A stretch of 64,000 nt of DNA from Camelus dromedarius (GCF_036321535.1 NC_087437.1:10666001-10730000), one strand, 5' to 3'. Numbered from the stretch's first letter, positions 26,787 through 38,520 are shown. Notes: generated by a model from the sequence alone, not told the origin. A program made the numbers and translations.

Positions 26787-27087
26787 TTTCCTTCTGGATG
26801 TATGCCCAGGAATGAGATTGCTGGATCCTATGGTAAGTCTATATTTGGTCTTTTGAGGAATCTCCATACTTTTTCCATAATGGCTGCACCAAACTACATT
26901 CCCACCAACAGTGTAGGAGAGTTCCCTTTTCTCCACACCCTCTCCAGCATTTATTGTTTGTGGACCTTTGAGTGATGGCCATTCTGACTGGTGTGAGGTG
27001 ATACTTCATGGTAGTTTTGATTTGCATTTCTCTGATAATTAGCAATATTGAGCATTTTTTTCATGTCCCTATTGACCATTTGTATAT
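26787..27087 (-). mobile_element. Inverted 5' segment of a young L1 (ORF2 C-terminal region)
   Basis: ORF 26839-27045 (-) [22 protein letters not shown]...[18 protein letters not shown] is the L1 ORF2p cysteine-rich domain. Confidence 0.95.
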
Positions 27088-27634
27088 ACTGTTTACAATA
27101 ACCAAGACATTGAAACAGCCTAAATGACTGGATAAAGAAATTGTTGTATATTTATACAATGAAATACTACTCAGCCACAAGAAATAATAATGTCATTTGC
27201 AGCAACATGAATGGACCTGGAGATTGTCATTCTAAGTGAAGGAAGCCAGAAAAAGAAAGAAAAATACCATACAATATCACTTATATGTGGAAGCTGAAAA
27301 AAAAAAAAAAAGAACTTATTTACAAAACAGAAACAGACTCACAGACATAGAAAACAAACTTCTGATTACCAGACGGGGAAAGGGATGGGAAGGGATAAAT
27401 TGGAATTTGGAGATTTGCAAATACTAACTACTGTATAAAATAGATAAACAAGTTTGTACTGTATAGCACAGGGAACTATATTCAATGCCTTTTAGTAACT
27501 TACAGTGAAAAAGAATATGAAAACAAAGATATGTGTGTGTGTGTATATACATATATGACTGAAACATTATGCTCTACACCAGAAATTGATACAAGGCTAT
27601 AAACTGACTATATTGCAATGTTTTTTTTAAAAAA
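27088..27634 (+). mobile_element. Sense 3' segment of the same L1 (ORF2 end plus 3' UTR)
   Basis: actgtttacaataaccaagacat...tttgcagcaacatgaatggacctggag...gtatagcacagggaactatattcaa...aactgactata. Confidence 0.95.
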
Positions 27635-27974
27635 GTCACTTTTCGAATGTGCTCATTATAACCCTTGAGCTTTACTGCTTCTTGTTCTGCAGATGCTTCA
27701 CGTATGAAAAAGAGTTACCACTCTTTTTGTTGTTCTGTCTGTACAGTGATGGGTTTCTCTTTCCAAATCTCCCTTTGGTCCAATGTGGGAAAACCTAGAG
27801 TGGAAGCCACTAAGGACTTGAAATAACATAGGGAAGTGTCTCCTAAGAGTCACAGAGCCGTTGTGTTACCTGAGAATTTGTTTCATTTTGTCCTGGCTTT
27901 GCAGACATGATTCCCACTCACCTGCTGTGCACAATCCTGAGAGAGACCTGAACTAGACTTTAAGCCTTTTCCTT

Positions 27975-28056
27975 AACATTGTGGTCTCTGTGCCTGGGGC
28001 AGCGTCCAGCAGATAGAAAGAGCTGAATAAAATATTTGTTAAGTGAATGAATGAAT
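27975..28056 (+). mobile_element. L2 3' terminus
   Basis: tctctgtgcctggggcagcgtccagcagatagaaagagctgaataaaatatttgttaagtgaatgaatgaat. Confidence 0.75.
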
Positions 28057-28129
28057 CATTGATTTCATTAACGTCGTCTTCCCTGGAGGCCTGCTGAGCC
28101 AATCTGAATTGCAGGGTACCTGCCACCGG

Positions 28130-28197
28130 CAGTGGGGACACTCTCCCTCCCCACCCTCTTGCTCAGTGGGGACACTCTCCCTCTCCACCCTCTTGCA
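28130..28197 (+). repeat. 34-bp tandem duplication
   Basis: cagtggggacactctccctc(c/t)ccaccctcttgc twice, one internal mismatch. Confidence 0.95.
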
Positions 28198-28619
28198 CGG
28201 GGCTACCAAATCCTGAGCACTTCTGCCTCAGTCTTCAGTTAAGGGATTTCAAAACCAGCAGTCAGACTTGCAGGGATGCTGACAAAATGCCAACTGGTAG
28301 ACTCCTGAGTGTTGGCCTGTAAACACAAGAATGAATGGAAAAAGAACTTTTGAGGCATTTAGCAGGAGACAGATGCTTAAAGGAAGGAGTTCTTGGTAGA
28401 GCATTAGAACAAGTGGCCCGTCATCAACTGCAGAACTTAGAATTTTCTAACAGGAATTATTATCTATGTTAGTCTCAGTCATCCACTGAGTGTGAGCTCG
28501 TTGAGGGCATGAGGTATGTCTTTTGCACCTATTTTAATCATTCATTAAAATTTGACACTTATTAATGAGATACAAGTCTGTAGCAAGTATACCAATGACA
28601 TTCTAAATAGGATTTTTCC

Positions 28620-28960
28620 TTCTATTATTTAAAAAAAATGAGTCTCCTTATAGAGAATTGGGAATGAAAAAAAGATGCAAAAAGATGATGAAAACCACCT
28701 ACAATTGCATCATCCAGAGATGGTCAGTATCAACATATTGGTATCTTTTCAGGTTTTTATTCCATTTGTACCTGTATGCAGTTTTTATAAAAATCAGATA
28801 AAATTTGTAGTTTGCTTTTTCCACTAAGCAGTTTCCCCGTATCATTAAAAAAAAACTTTAAATATATAATTTTTAATGACTTCATATTCTACTATATGAA
28901 TATATTATAGTTTATTTAACCATGTTTCTATTTTTTAGATATCTAAATTGTTTCCATTTA
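28620..28960 (-). mobile_element. Ancient L1 (L1ME-like) fragment within an L2 3' end
   Basis: cacctacaattgcatcatccagagatggtcagtatcaacatattgg...ttttaatgacttcatattctactatatgaatat...ttatttaacca. Confidence 0.7.
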
Positions 28961-30106
28961 AAGTACATAAATATAAGTATTCTTATTATAACCTCTATAA
29001 CATCCAGCATAGTGCATTGCACATAGTAGGAGCCCAGTAAATGCTTAATGAAAGTATAAATGGGTTAGATTTCCCAGAAGGAACTTTATAACTGCTTACT
29101 GAGTCTCCTCTTCAGTAAAATGAAGGAATTGGATTATAAACTTACAAAAGAGGTCTTTCAGTCTCTCAAGTTTTATGATTATGTGATTTGGAAAAATAGT
29201 TTTAAATGATAATCCCATAGTCAGAGTCACATCATGTTCTTAAGATGTACAGATAAAGTCCATACGAAGCTCTTTTATATGGGTGTTGGAACTGAAGCTT
29301 AAAGTAGTTGGAAGCACTGGAGAATAATGTAGGGAACAGATACTTGTAATCAGCAATGCCACATAGTTTGTCGTGACTGTTCTTTGTAGGGGAATCTGTA
29401 GTGTAGGGACAAATGATGTTGATAGTTCTAACTTCCATGACATGTCTTGTCAGAACCACTTGTAAAGAGGCAAGAATATCCACTAAGTGTTGAGTCACGA
29501 TATATCTGTTGATATGTATATTTGAAATTTGGTTTACATCTTGCTTCTATGAAATCTTCTCCCCAAACTCCCCTTCTTTCCAGGGAAAGAATGGCCTTTA
29601 TGTGTATGTGTTTCTGGCTTTGTAATGAGGACCACAGAAATTACAGACTAGATGTTGCCTTGTCAGGAACAGAGTAAACTTGAGGAAGATAATAAGAATG
29701 TTTTCAGACATGTAGAAAGAAGGTCCTGTGGATCAGAGAGAAGAAGTAGCATCCTTATTCCCTTGGCTTTCAAGTGAGGAAGCAAGATTTTGGTTTAGTA
29801 TTAGGGAGAACTTCTCTGAAAGTTAAAACTCTTCCAAAGGGTCATGGCCTACCTTATAATGTGGGAACTAATAGTGTTTAGCATCTCATAGGATTGTTCT
29901 ATGGGGTATTTCTCTGTTAGCTTGAGGGTCAGTTAATAGGTCAGAGTAATTCTCAGATCATTTAAACAGAAAAGCAACAGAAAATATTTTATACGTGTTT
30001 GTGGTAGACATAAACTCCTATGTAAATAGGTAATGATCTGTATCTAGTACAGTCTGTTATACCTGGCTGGCCTAGGAGATGGTCTTATGCTAATTTAAAA
30101 GGTGAA

Positions 30107-31177
30107 ACTTCCCTGACTTCAGACTACACTACAAAACTATAGTAATTAAAACAGTGTGGTACTAGCACAAAAACAGACACTTAGATCAATAGAACAGGAT
30201 AGAAAGCCCAGGATAGAAACCCATGCACTTACGCTCAGTTAATCCATGACAAAGGAAGCAAGAATACACAATGGAGAAAAGATAGTCTCTTAAATAAGTG
30301 GTGCTGGGAAAACTGGACAGCTATATGTAAAAGAATGAAATTAGAACATTCTCTAATGTCATATACAAAAATTACTCAAAATTGATTAAAGACCTAAATG
30401 TAGGACCAAATGCTATAGAACTACTAGAGGAAAACAGGCAGAACACTCTTTGATATAAATCACAGCAATATTTTTTTGGATCCATCTCCTAGAGTAATGA
30501 AATTAAAAGCAAAAATAAGTGGAACCTAATTAAACTTAAAAGCTTTTGCACAGCAAAGGAAATCATAAATAAAATGAAAAGACAATCTACAGAGTGGGAG
30601 AAAATATTTGCAAATGATGCAACAGACAAGGGATTAATTTCCAAAATATTCAAACAGCTTATACAGCTCAATATCAAAAAAACAAATAACCCAATCAAAC
30701 ATGGGCAGAAAGCCTAAATAAACATTTCTCCAAAGAAGACATACAGATGGCCAACAGGCACATGAAAGATTCTTAGTATTTCTAATTATTAGAGAAATGC
30801 ACATCAAAATTACAATGAGGTATCACCTCACACCAGTCAGAATGGCCATCATCAAAAAGTCTACAAATAATAAATGCTGGAGACGATGTGGAGAAAAGGG
30901 AACCCTCCTACACTGTTGGTGGGAATGTAATTTGGTACAGTCACTATGGAGAACAGTATGGAGGTGCCTTAAAAAACTAATAGAGCTACCATGTGATCCA
31001 GCAATCTCACTCCTGGGCGTATATCCAGAAAAGATGAAAACTCTAATTCAAGAAGATACATGCTCCCCAGTGTTCATAGCAGCACTAGCTACAATAGCCA
31101 AGTCATGGAAGCAACGTAAATGTCCATTGACAGATAATTGGATAAAGAAGATGTGAGATAGATAGATAGATAGGTAG

Positions 31178-31220
<43 letters not shown>

Positions 31221-31359
31221 CAGCAATATGGATGACCTAAAGATTATCATACTAAGTGAAGCAATTCAAAGACAAATATTATATGGTATCATTTACATGT
31301 GGAATCTAAAAAAAAAAATTATACAAATGAACTTATTTACAAAACAGAAATTGACTCAC
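30107..31359 (+). mobile_element. L1 fragment, ORF2 3' portion; 3' UTR truncated
   Basis: cttccctgacttcagactacactac...; ORF 30797-31156 [20 protein letters not shown]...[18 protein letters not shown]; stops after aaaacagaaattgactcac without the terminal 3' UTR or poly(A). Confidence 0.95.
31157..31219 (+). repeat. (GATA)n microsatellite, about 15 units with one interruption
   Basis: gatagatagatagataggtagtagatagat...agata. Confidence 0.97.
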
Positions 31360-31400
31360 CTAAAGACCAGGAGATTTGTTGGTCAGTGAGTGGAAACATT

Positions 31401-31652
31401 AATGCATAGTGTTTGCATGTAACCTGTGCACCTGCTCCCCTATCCTGTAAATCATCTCTAGATTACTTATAATACCAAATACAATGTAAATGTTATGTAA
31501 ATAGTTATGATTACTATGTCAATAGCTGCTGGACACAGCAAATTTAAGTTTTTCTTTGTGGAACTTTCTGGAATTTTTTTTCCCCAAATATTTTCGATCT
31601 GTAGTTGATTGAATCCACGGATGTGGAATCCATGGATGTGGAGGGCTAACTA
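31401..31652 (+). mobile_element. MER2-family (TcMar-Tigger) MITE lacking its left end
   Basis: gcatagtgtttgcatgtaacc...aaatcatctctagattacttataatacc...gttgattgaatccacggatgtggaatccatggatgtggagggctaact followed by TA. Confidence 0.88.
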
Positions 31653-33689
31653 TATAGGCTGTTTGTTTTGGAAATATTTTGTTTTAGAAGGCGGCATTCA
31701 AGTTGATGGTGGATGGTGAGTTGTCAGGAAGGTACAATGAAGGTTTTAGACAAGGCGACATTTCAAGTTCCTTCCTGTCCTGAGAGTCTTGAATCACCAA
31801 ATCCTAGGTCCCTGTTTAGCTGTTCTGCCCAATGCTCACTTTTATGTTCAAAAGTGACAGAACAGCCTCCCACACTGGGCGACGGAGTGCGTTACTCTTG
31901 AAGACTTAGGTTCTCTTGCTGACCACTTACACTATGTGAGGCAGAGTCCTTGGTTTGCAGTTCTTGTTTGAAAGGTCCCTCCTGTGGTAAGGAATCACAG
32001 CATTCTGCCAAAGCTTTCGAGTCTCTGAAGCTGTAATTGCTTTATTCTTCTGACTACATGTAGACTTGTGTCATAGGTAGTGCTTCAACTAAAGCCAGTA
32101 TATTGCAGCTCTAACTGCAGGTATCTCGGAAGTACACCCCACTAGTGATGTGAAGTGAACTAAAGATAATTTTTTTTAAATTCTTAACTGGAATTGTCTA
32201 TACATTGTCATTGCTTATCTTAATAGTAAGGATATGTAAATAAAGCCCTGCTATTTCATTTTTTCTCATTGTATATAATCTTTTCTCAAGATCATACTCT
32301 TGTTTTAATGTTTAACAATTGTTTGTCCCTTATCAGGATGACAGTTAATATATTGCCAGCTTAGATAAGGGTTCTTGGTCCTCTTTTACTTAAAACTGCT
32401 TTTAATTACTTTACAACAAACTAAGGCTGTAATCTGTATCATGTTTGCCTGACCAGTGGATTTATTCATTTCTAAGTCAGTTATTATCATAGGTACCAGG
32501 TGCTTAAAATACATTATCTTAAACTGGAATACGGGCAATTACACTTTTGCAACATGTATGAAGTCTTTCTTAGGATACTCATGAATGTTATCAGTGAGAA
32601 CATAGTCGTAAATCCCACATCCCTTCTTGAATCTGAAGATCAGTAGTACAAGATCCCAGTGCTCTTAAGGTCAGTGGTACATGGGTTCCAGTGCTACCTA
32701 TCTGCAAGACTAAAGCCCACGCCTTAGCTGTGGCATGCAGAAAACAGAACCACCCCCTCCTTCAATTCACGGTGCTCAGGGAGGCTCATTTCGCCTGGCT
32801 TAGGCTGTCTGGTGGTTGACCTCTTGAATTGTGAGAGGGTCCACTACTGGGAATTTTGAGAGTGAGTGGATATTTTAAGAGTTTCCCTTCAAGCTTTTCT
32901 TCCCTGACAAATTTGGAAAGGTAAGTACTGTTTGATAACTTTATTTAATTCGGTAGTTATTTACTGTGCTAAGCTCTACAGAAAATACCCAATTAAATAA
33001 GACGTGAATCTTTAAGCTTTTCTATATTCAACCAGATAAGTCTTAAGAAATAAAGCAAAGACTACATAATTTATAGTACAAGATTAATGAAAAGACATGA
33101 AAGACTTGTAGTTATCATATTAAGGGTACAAGTGATTTCCTAACTGAATTCATTTATCTACAATCAGACATTAAAGAAGCAGTCAACTGATGGATCTCCT
33201 CTAATGGAGGACTGGGTAGCCTTCTTCCATGGAGAGCAAATATTAACAGACTTGAATACCTTTTTGATTTTCCTGTATTTTCCTTAATAGGTACTGAATT
33301 CGATGGCTTTTTCTTCTGGTTTCTGAGGGTAAAATATAGAAAATTTAATCCTATTGTTTGGATTAATGAGCATTCTTTTTTACAGTCTTGTGCACATTGT
33401 ACCATTAATGAAAGTTCCTCTGCTGCAGGCAAAATATTTTATTTGAGAATGAAAAAGCAAATTGAGTTGCCGTATTGTCTGAGAGGTTCATAATTAAGTA
33501 TTATGTCAGCTTGATCTCAGCTGGGGCTGAGGTTCTGTGATAACTATGGAGAAGTTTGGAGATGTATGACTGTGATTTTTATATAAATCAATTTGATTTA
33601 TAATTGGTAGAGTTGCTGTTACTTCTAGGGTTTGGTGGATGAACTAAGCCAAGTGAGTTGGTATCAGCTTTACTTACAAGCCTTCCAAT

Positions 33690-33890
33690 AACAGCATCAA
33701 TTCTAAATCAAGTCTGTTTTCCTATCACTTGATCAGCACACGGCGAAACTATACCCCTTCCCACTCTCATCTCACTTCAGATTTCAGAGCAAATCCCAGG
33801 CTTCACATCATTCCCTTGTACATATTTCAGCATGTGTCTCTCTAAGAAAGGACTCTTTATCTTTAAACAATAAACATAGCTGTAATACTG
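33690..33890 (-). mobile_element. Ancient L1 (L1MC/ME-like) 3' fragment
   Basis: atttcagagcaaatcccagg...catatttcagcatgtgtctctctaagaaaggactcttt. Confidence 0.65.
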
Positions 33891-34839
33891 TTAGAGCTGC
33901 TTTTGAGTTGCAAGTAGGAAGTAAGGACTACTGAAGTTGAACCAGGTTCTGATGCCTTTAAGAGCTCTGGGTGCTTGGACAAGCCATTTAACTTTCCTCT
34001 CTCCATGCTTGCTTGTCTTTAACAAGAAAAGATTCAACAAAATCATCTCTAAAATCCCATCTGTCCCCAAAATTTGTAACTTAAAAAACGAAGAGACGTC
34101 CAGTTTCTGGTCCAGCCTGTAAGGAGCTTGCATGTCATCATTCTGCACTAACAAGTAAAAAGCTGAAAAAAAAAATCAACAACTTTCCTTATATCTGTCA
34201 GAGGAGTCAGAGAAGGCAAACTGTTGCCCCCTGAATTAGAGAGACAGACAGGCAGATACAGAGAATCACAACTTACTGGAGCAGAAGCCTCTGTGGAAAC
34301 CAGTCCTGTAATTGATGCACTGCTGAAGGTTCAGAGGTTCAGAGTGAACAAGTCTGAGAGTGAAAAAGCCCAGTCATGATGGCCCCCACAATTCTGTGGT
34401 TTTACCTCCAGGAGCTTGACTAGGGTCTCACAGGGAAGCTCTCATGCTCCTGACAGAGGGAGGGGGAAAAGAACCATTTTGAAATTCTCCAGAGCATTCT
34501 ATTCTTTGTAACAAAGGCCATCTGCAAGAGGAATTATTTATCAGAGCCTAAGCTACTGGGGGCTTATCAGAGCCTAACTGACCTGGGGGAGGAAATACTT
34601 AACTCCAGCCCACTCTCATTGTGCTGGCCTACCTAAGCCGGGGAAAGCTGAGAAGCAATGAAGCTCACAATTCAGAGGCAAAGGCTCCCTGAAAGGTTGA
34701 TCTAATCATACGACTGTAGAGCCACCCCCTCTCCTACACCTCATCCCTGCGTTACTAAAGGCGCCCCTGGAAGCAGGTCCCTTTACCTGGCACAGCACAT
34801 CCAGCTATCAAGGAAGATACACAAGGCATACTAGAAGAT

Positions 34840-34867
34840 AAAAAAAAAAAAAAAAAAAAAAAAAAAA
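34840..34867 (+). repeat. Poly(A) run, 28 nt
   Basis: Uninterrupted A tract inside the L1 5' region. Confidence 0.95.
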
Positions 34868-34911
34868 CGGGTTGAAGAGACAGAACAAGTGAAAGAACCA
34901 GACTCCAGTAT

Positions 34912-35166
34912 ATTTATTTATTTTTTAGGGGGTAAGTAATTAGGTTTATTTATTTACACGGAGGCACTGGGGTTTGAACCCAGGACCTCGTGCATGCTAA
35001 GGGCACACTTTTATCACTGAGCTATACCCTCTCTTTTAAAAAAAAATTTTTTTTTGGCTGGGGCAAAGCGATTAGGTTTATTTATTTTTAGAGGAGGTAG
35101 TGGGATTGAACCCAGGACCTCCTGCATGCTAAGCATGTGCTCTACCACCCGAGCTATCCCCTCCCC
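34912..35166 (-). mobile_element. Head-to-tail dimer of camelid tRNA-Ala SINE
   Basis: Two monomers (about 35040-35166 and 34912-35034), each with A/B boxes and aaataaacctaat tail; perfect 15-bp TSD accagactccagtat at 34897-34911 and 35167-35181. Confidence 0.93.
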
Positions 35167-35789
35167 ACCAGACTCCAGTATGGCAGGGATATTGGAATTA
35201 TCAGACTGGAAATTGAAAACAAACTATGATTAAAATGCTAAGGGCTCTAGTGGCTGAAATAGAGGTGCTGCAAGAACAGACGGGCACTGTAAACAGAGAG
35301 GGGGAAATTCTAAGAAAGAACCAGAAAGAACTGCTAAAGGTCTAAGACACTGCAACAGAAGTGAAGAATGCTTTTAGTGGACTCAGTAGTAGTAGACTAC
35401 ATACGGCTGAGGAGAGAATCTCTAAGCTTGAGGGTATTTCCAGAAAGAAAAGCAAAGAGAACAAGGACTGGAAAAAACAGGACAGAATATCCAGGAACCA
35501 TGGGACAACTACAGAAATATTCATAGTATTCATATAATGGAAATACGAGTAAGGAGAAGAAAGAGGGAAAAAAAAAAAAAACAAAGAAATATTTGAAGCA
35601 ATAATGACAGAATGGCCCCAAATTAATGGCAGACATCAAAACTACAGATCCAGGAAGCTCAGAGAACACCAGGCAGGATAAATGCCCCCAAAACTGCACA
35701 CCATGGTCGTCATGGTAGAACTTCTCGTGCTGATGACTTCCAAGTGTATACACATATGTATGTAGGTATTGTGTGTATACACCCAACTC

Positions 35790-36635
35790 TGTTTTCTCTC
35801 CAGAGCTCCATATCCACCCGTGCCACTGCCTGCTAGATGTTTTCATTTGGACATTTTGCAAGCATCTCAAATTTTACATGTTAAGAGGGAGCAATTGATT
35901 TTACTCTCCAGACTCTTACAGCTCTCCCCGCCCCTATCTTTTCCCAACTCATAATAGCACACCATTCACCCAGTAGCTCAAGCCAGAACTCCAGGAATCA
36001 GTTTTTACCTGTCCCTCATCCCCCTGTGCTATTCCCCACTGGGTCCTACAAAATAAATCACCTGATTGTCTCCTCTTCCCAGCATCCCGTTCCCTTGCTT
36101 GCTTGCGTTCTTACCCCCTGCCCCCCATCCAGACTCTACAGAGTAGCCAAGTAAACTTCATGAAATAGAAGGGGGATTTTCTCTGTCTAGTGACGCCCCA
36201 TAATGCTTGAGATAAAATCTAACTCTCAGCTCCCTACCAGGCCCCTGAAGACCCAATGGGACCTGGCCTCCCAGTCCTCATCCTCCCACTCTTCTCCTGA
36301 TCAACTTGAGGACCTCTCCCCAGTAAGTCCCCTCTCCGGGACCTTGAACGTTCTCAGTCCCTCCCACTTCTTGCCTGGCCCTTCTCACTCTGTAGGTCTC
36401 AGCTTAAGTATCCCTGTAATCTGAGGCTTTTCTTTACCACCGCATCACTGAAATAGCTCTGTTTCCCCCTATTTGTTACTTTTTTAATTTATAATTCTCA
36501 TTTGGTCTGCTTTTTGGGTTTTGTCTGCTGCCATTCTAGAAGGTAAGCTCCGTGAATGCAGGGACTGTGTCAGTCTAGCTTGCCAGTTTATCTCCAGGTC
36601 TCCAGTAGAGTCAGCTTCATACCTGACACTCTGTG
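35790..36635 (+). mobile_element. L2 LINE 3' region
   Basis: ccactgcctgctagatgttttcatttggaca...gcatctcaaa...caccattcacccagtagctcaagccagaa...ctagaaggtaagctccgtgaatgcagggactgtgtc. Confidence 0.85.
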
Positions 36636-36769
36636 AGGTTTGGAAAATACAGCTAAGTTCAGAGGAATGGAGACCGTGGAAGAAAGAAGGGGGAATTTTC
36701 TAGACAGGCATACAGGATGTCCAAATGTAGAAAAATGAGTGTAGTGGTCATAACAGTTGACCCTGACAT

Positions 36770-37150
36770 TCATTCTACCCCAGTAATTTGTCCAAGCCAT
36801 TCATAAGAGTCTCATTTCCCGTGTGGATTGGCCTGAGCAATGAGACATGAGGGGAAGTTAGCTGAGTGAGGTCTGGAGGTGTTTTCCTCCCATCCGTAAA
36901 AGAGAACACAGAAGAGGTTGCTCTCTCACCCTCCTTTGGAGATAGTCCTGCCTGGGTGTAAGGATTGGAACTCCTGGCACTGTCCTGCTGCCAGATGGAA
37001 GATGAAACCATCACAAAGAAGGAAGAGGGCCAGAGACATGGAGCCAGAGCCCTCGAGTTTGCTCTCTTGGCTTTACAATAAGTAACGCAATGAATGCCCT
37101 CTTTACTTAACTCAGTTTCATTTAGAGATTCTGATGACCTCAGTGAAACA
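36770..37150 (+). mobile_element. MLT1-type (ERVL-MaLR) solo LTR
   Basis: caatgagacatgaggggaagttagctg...ggaactcctggcactgtcctgctgcca...cagagacatggagccagagccct...tttacttaactcagttt. Confidence 0.7.
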
Positions 37151-37254
37151 TGAGAATCTGCCTAGATGAAGGAGCACATTCATCCTGGTGGTAGTGGGAA
37201 TTTATTCTGGAAAGGCTAGGTTTTGAGACTCAGGGCCCTTGAATGATAGCCTGA

Positions 37255-37515
37255 AGCAGTCTGTGCGGTGCTGAAGAACAAAGAACAAGGTGCAGACTCC
37301 CTAAGCTTAATCTATGCCCACCCCTTTCCGGCTGTGTGAGCACCCAGGGCAAGTTACTTAACCTTTCTCTGCCTTGTTCCTGAAGCATCAAGTGCAGACA
37401 GTGATAACATAACAGCTGCCACATAGGGATGTTGTGAGGATTGAACAGGTTTATCCACATGAAGCTCTTAGACCAGTGCTTGGCCCACATGAAGCATTTA
37501 ATAATGTTGGTTTTT
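37255..37515 (+). mobile_element. MIR SINE
   Basis: gggcaagttacttaacctttctctgccttgttcc...catagggatgttgtgaggattgaac. Confidence 0.85.
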
Positions 37516-38329
37516 TATTCCTAGTGGTGGTGAGATTTATTTATCTTATAGTTAGTAGTTCACAAGCTTCTGTGTACATAAGAACCAATTAGGAAGTTTG
37601 TGAAATGCCGGATCCCACTTTCCCAGGTGGGTGTGGATTTGGCCAGGGCATCTAACAACTGAGTGGATGAGTCTGCAGCCCACAGAGCTCCCTTGAGAAA
37701 CTGCAGAAAAGAGCAGCGTGCACGGGAGCTGGACAGCAGTGGAGTGAGATGAGACAGGTGGGCTGGGAGGAAAATTGATCTTTGGGGTATCTTTACACAA
37801 AATTGGAGGTTGGAGAACAGACTTGAAAAGATTCTGAGATAATTGCTTGAGAGATGACAAAGATAATTTTGTCAGGCTTCGGTATTTAAAAAACCACTTT
37901 GAGATTTTAAGCCTGTGTCAAAGAATGATGGAAGAGAAAATGTCAGATAGGTGAGTCCACTTGCTAAGAATTCGTTTTGTTTAATGTGATGGAGGTCCAT
38001 TCGGGACCGTGCTCTGTGGGCTGTTGGAAGATGCTGACCTGAATGTTTCTCAGGAGGGAGGGTCAGAGAAACAGCGGGCTGCCTCAGGGAATGGTTGCCC
38101 CCAGCCAGCCTTCACTTTCCTCCGCTAAGCTCACACACCAAGAACCTTCCATTCACAGTTTCTCAGCTACTAATGCTGGGATTGCATCGCTTGAAATTCT
38201 GCATCACTGTGTAATTTATGTTTTATGTTTGCTGAAGTGTTGATAACTTTTCAGTGGTTTGCAATTCCCTTGTTTTTCTTCCTGTTATTTATTAAAGATT
38301 CAGTTAACTGAAGACTTTTAATTTTGTGA

Positions 38330-38520
38330 CGTATACTAAGAGCCTAGTACACGCCCCTCTACTGGATACTTTGCCCACATTATTTATAATCCTCACAACG
38401 GCTCTACAGGTTAAGCATACTCTTTGTATGTGAGAAAAAATAAGCCTCAAAGAGGTTAAATTACTCACCTAAAGTCACAGCTAAGCTAGAATTCAAACTG
38501 AGGTCTGTCCAGGAAGCACT
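38330..38520 (-). mobile_element. MIR SINE
   Basis: ataatcctcacaacggctctacagg...gaggttaaattactcacctaaagtcacagct...aattcaaactgaggtctgtc. Confidence 0.8.

Larger units (their letters stand above)
34092..35722 (+). mobile_element. Ancient L1 (L1MC-type) 5' UTR plus ORF1 remnant, interrupted by a SINE dimer
   Basis: gtaaggagcttg...acaagtaaaaagctga...gagagacagacaggcagatacagagaatcacaacttactggagcagaagcc; ORF1-like atggcagggatattggaattatcagac...aactatgattaaaatgctaagggctct...cagatccaggaagctcagagaacacca. Confidence 0.85.

Noticed and set aside
28130..28197. CRISPR-like direct repeats
   Set aside because: Only two abutting copies, no spacers, mammalian context
32804..32926. Exon with AAG|GTAAGT donor
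   Set aside because: Poor pyrimidine tract and stops in all three frames
34538..34580. Direct repeat ttatcagagcctaa
   Set aside because: Lies inside the L1 5' UTR and is probably inherited from the element rather than locus-specific
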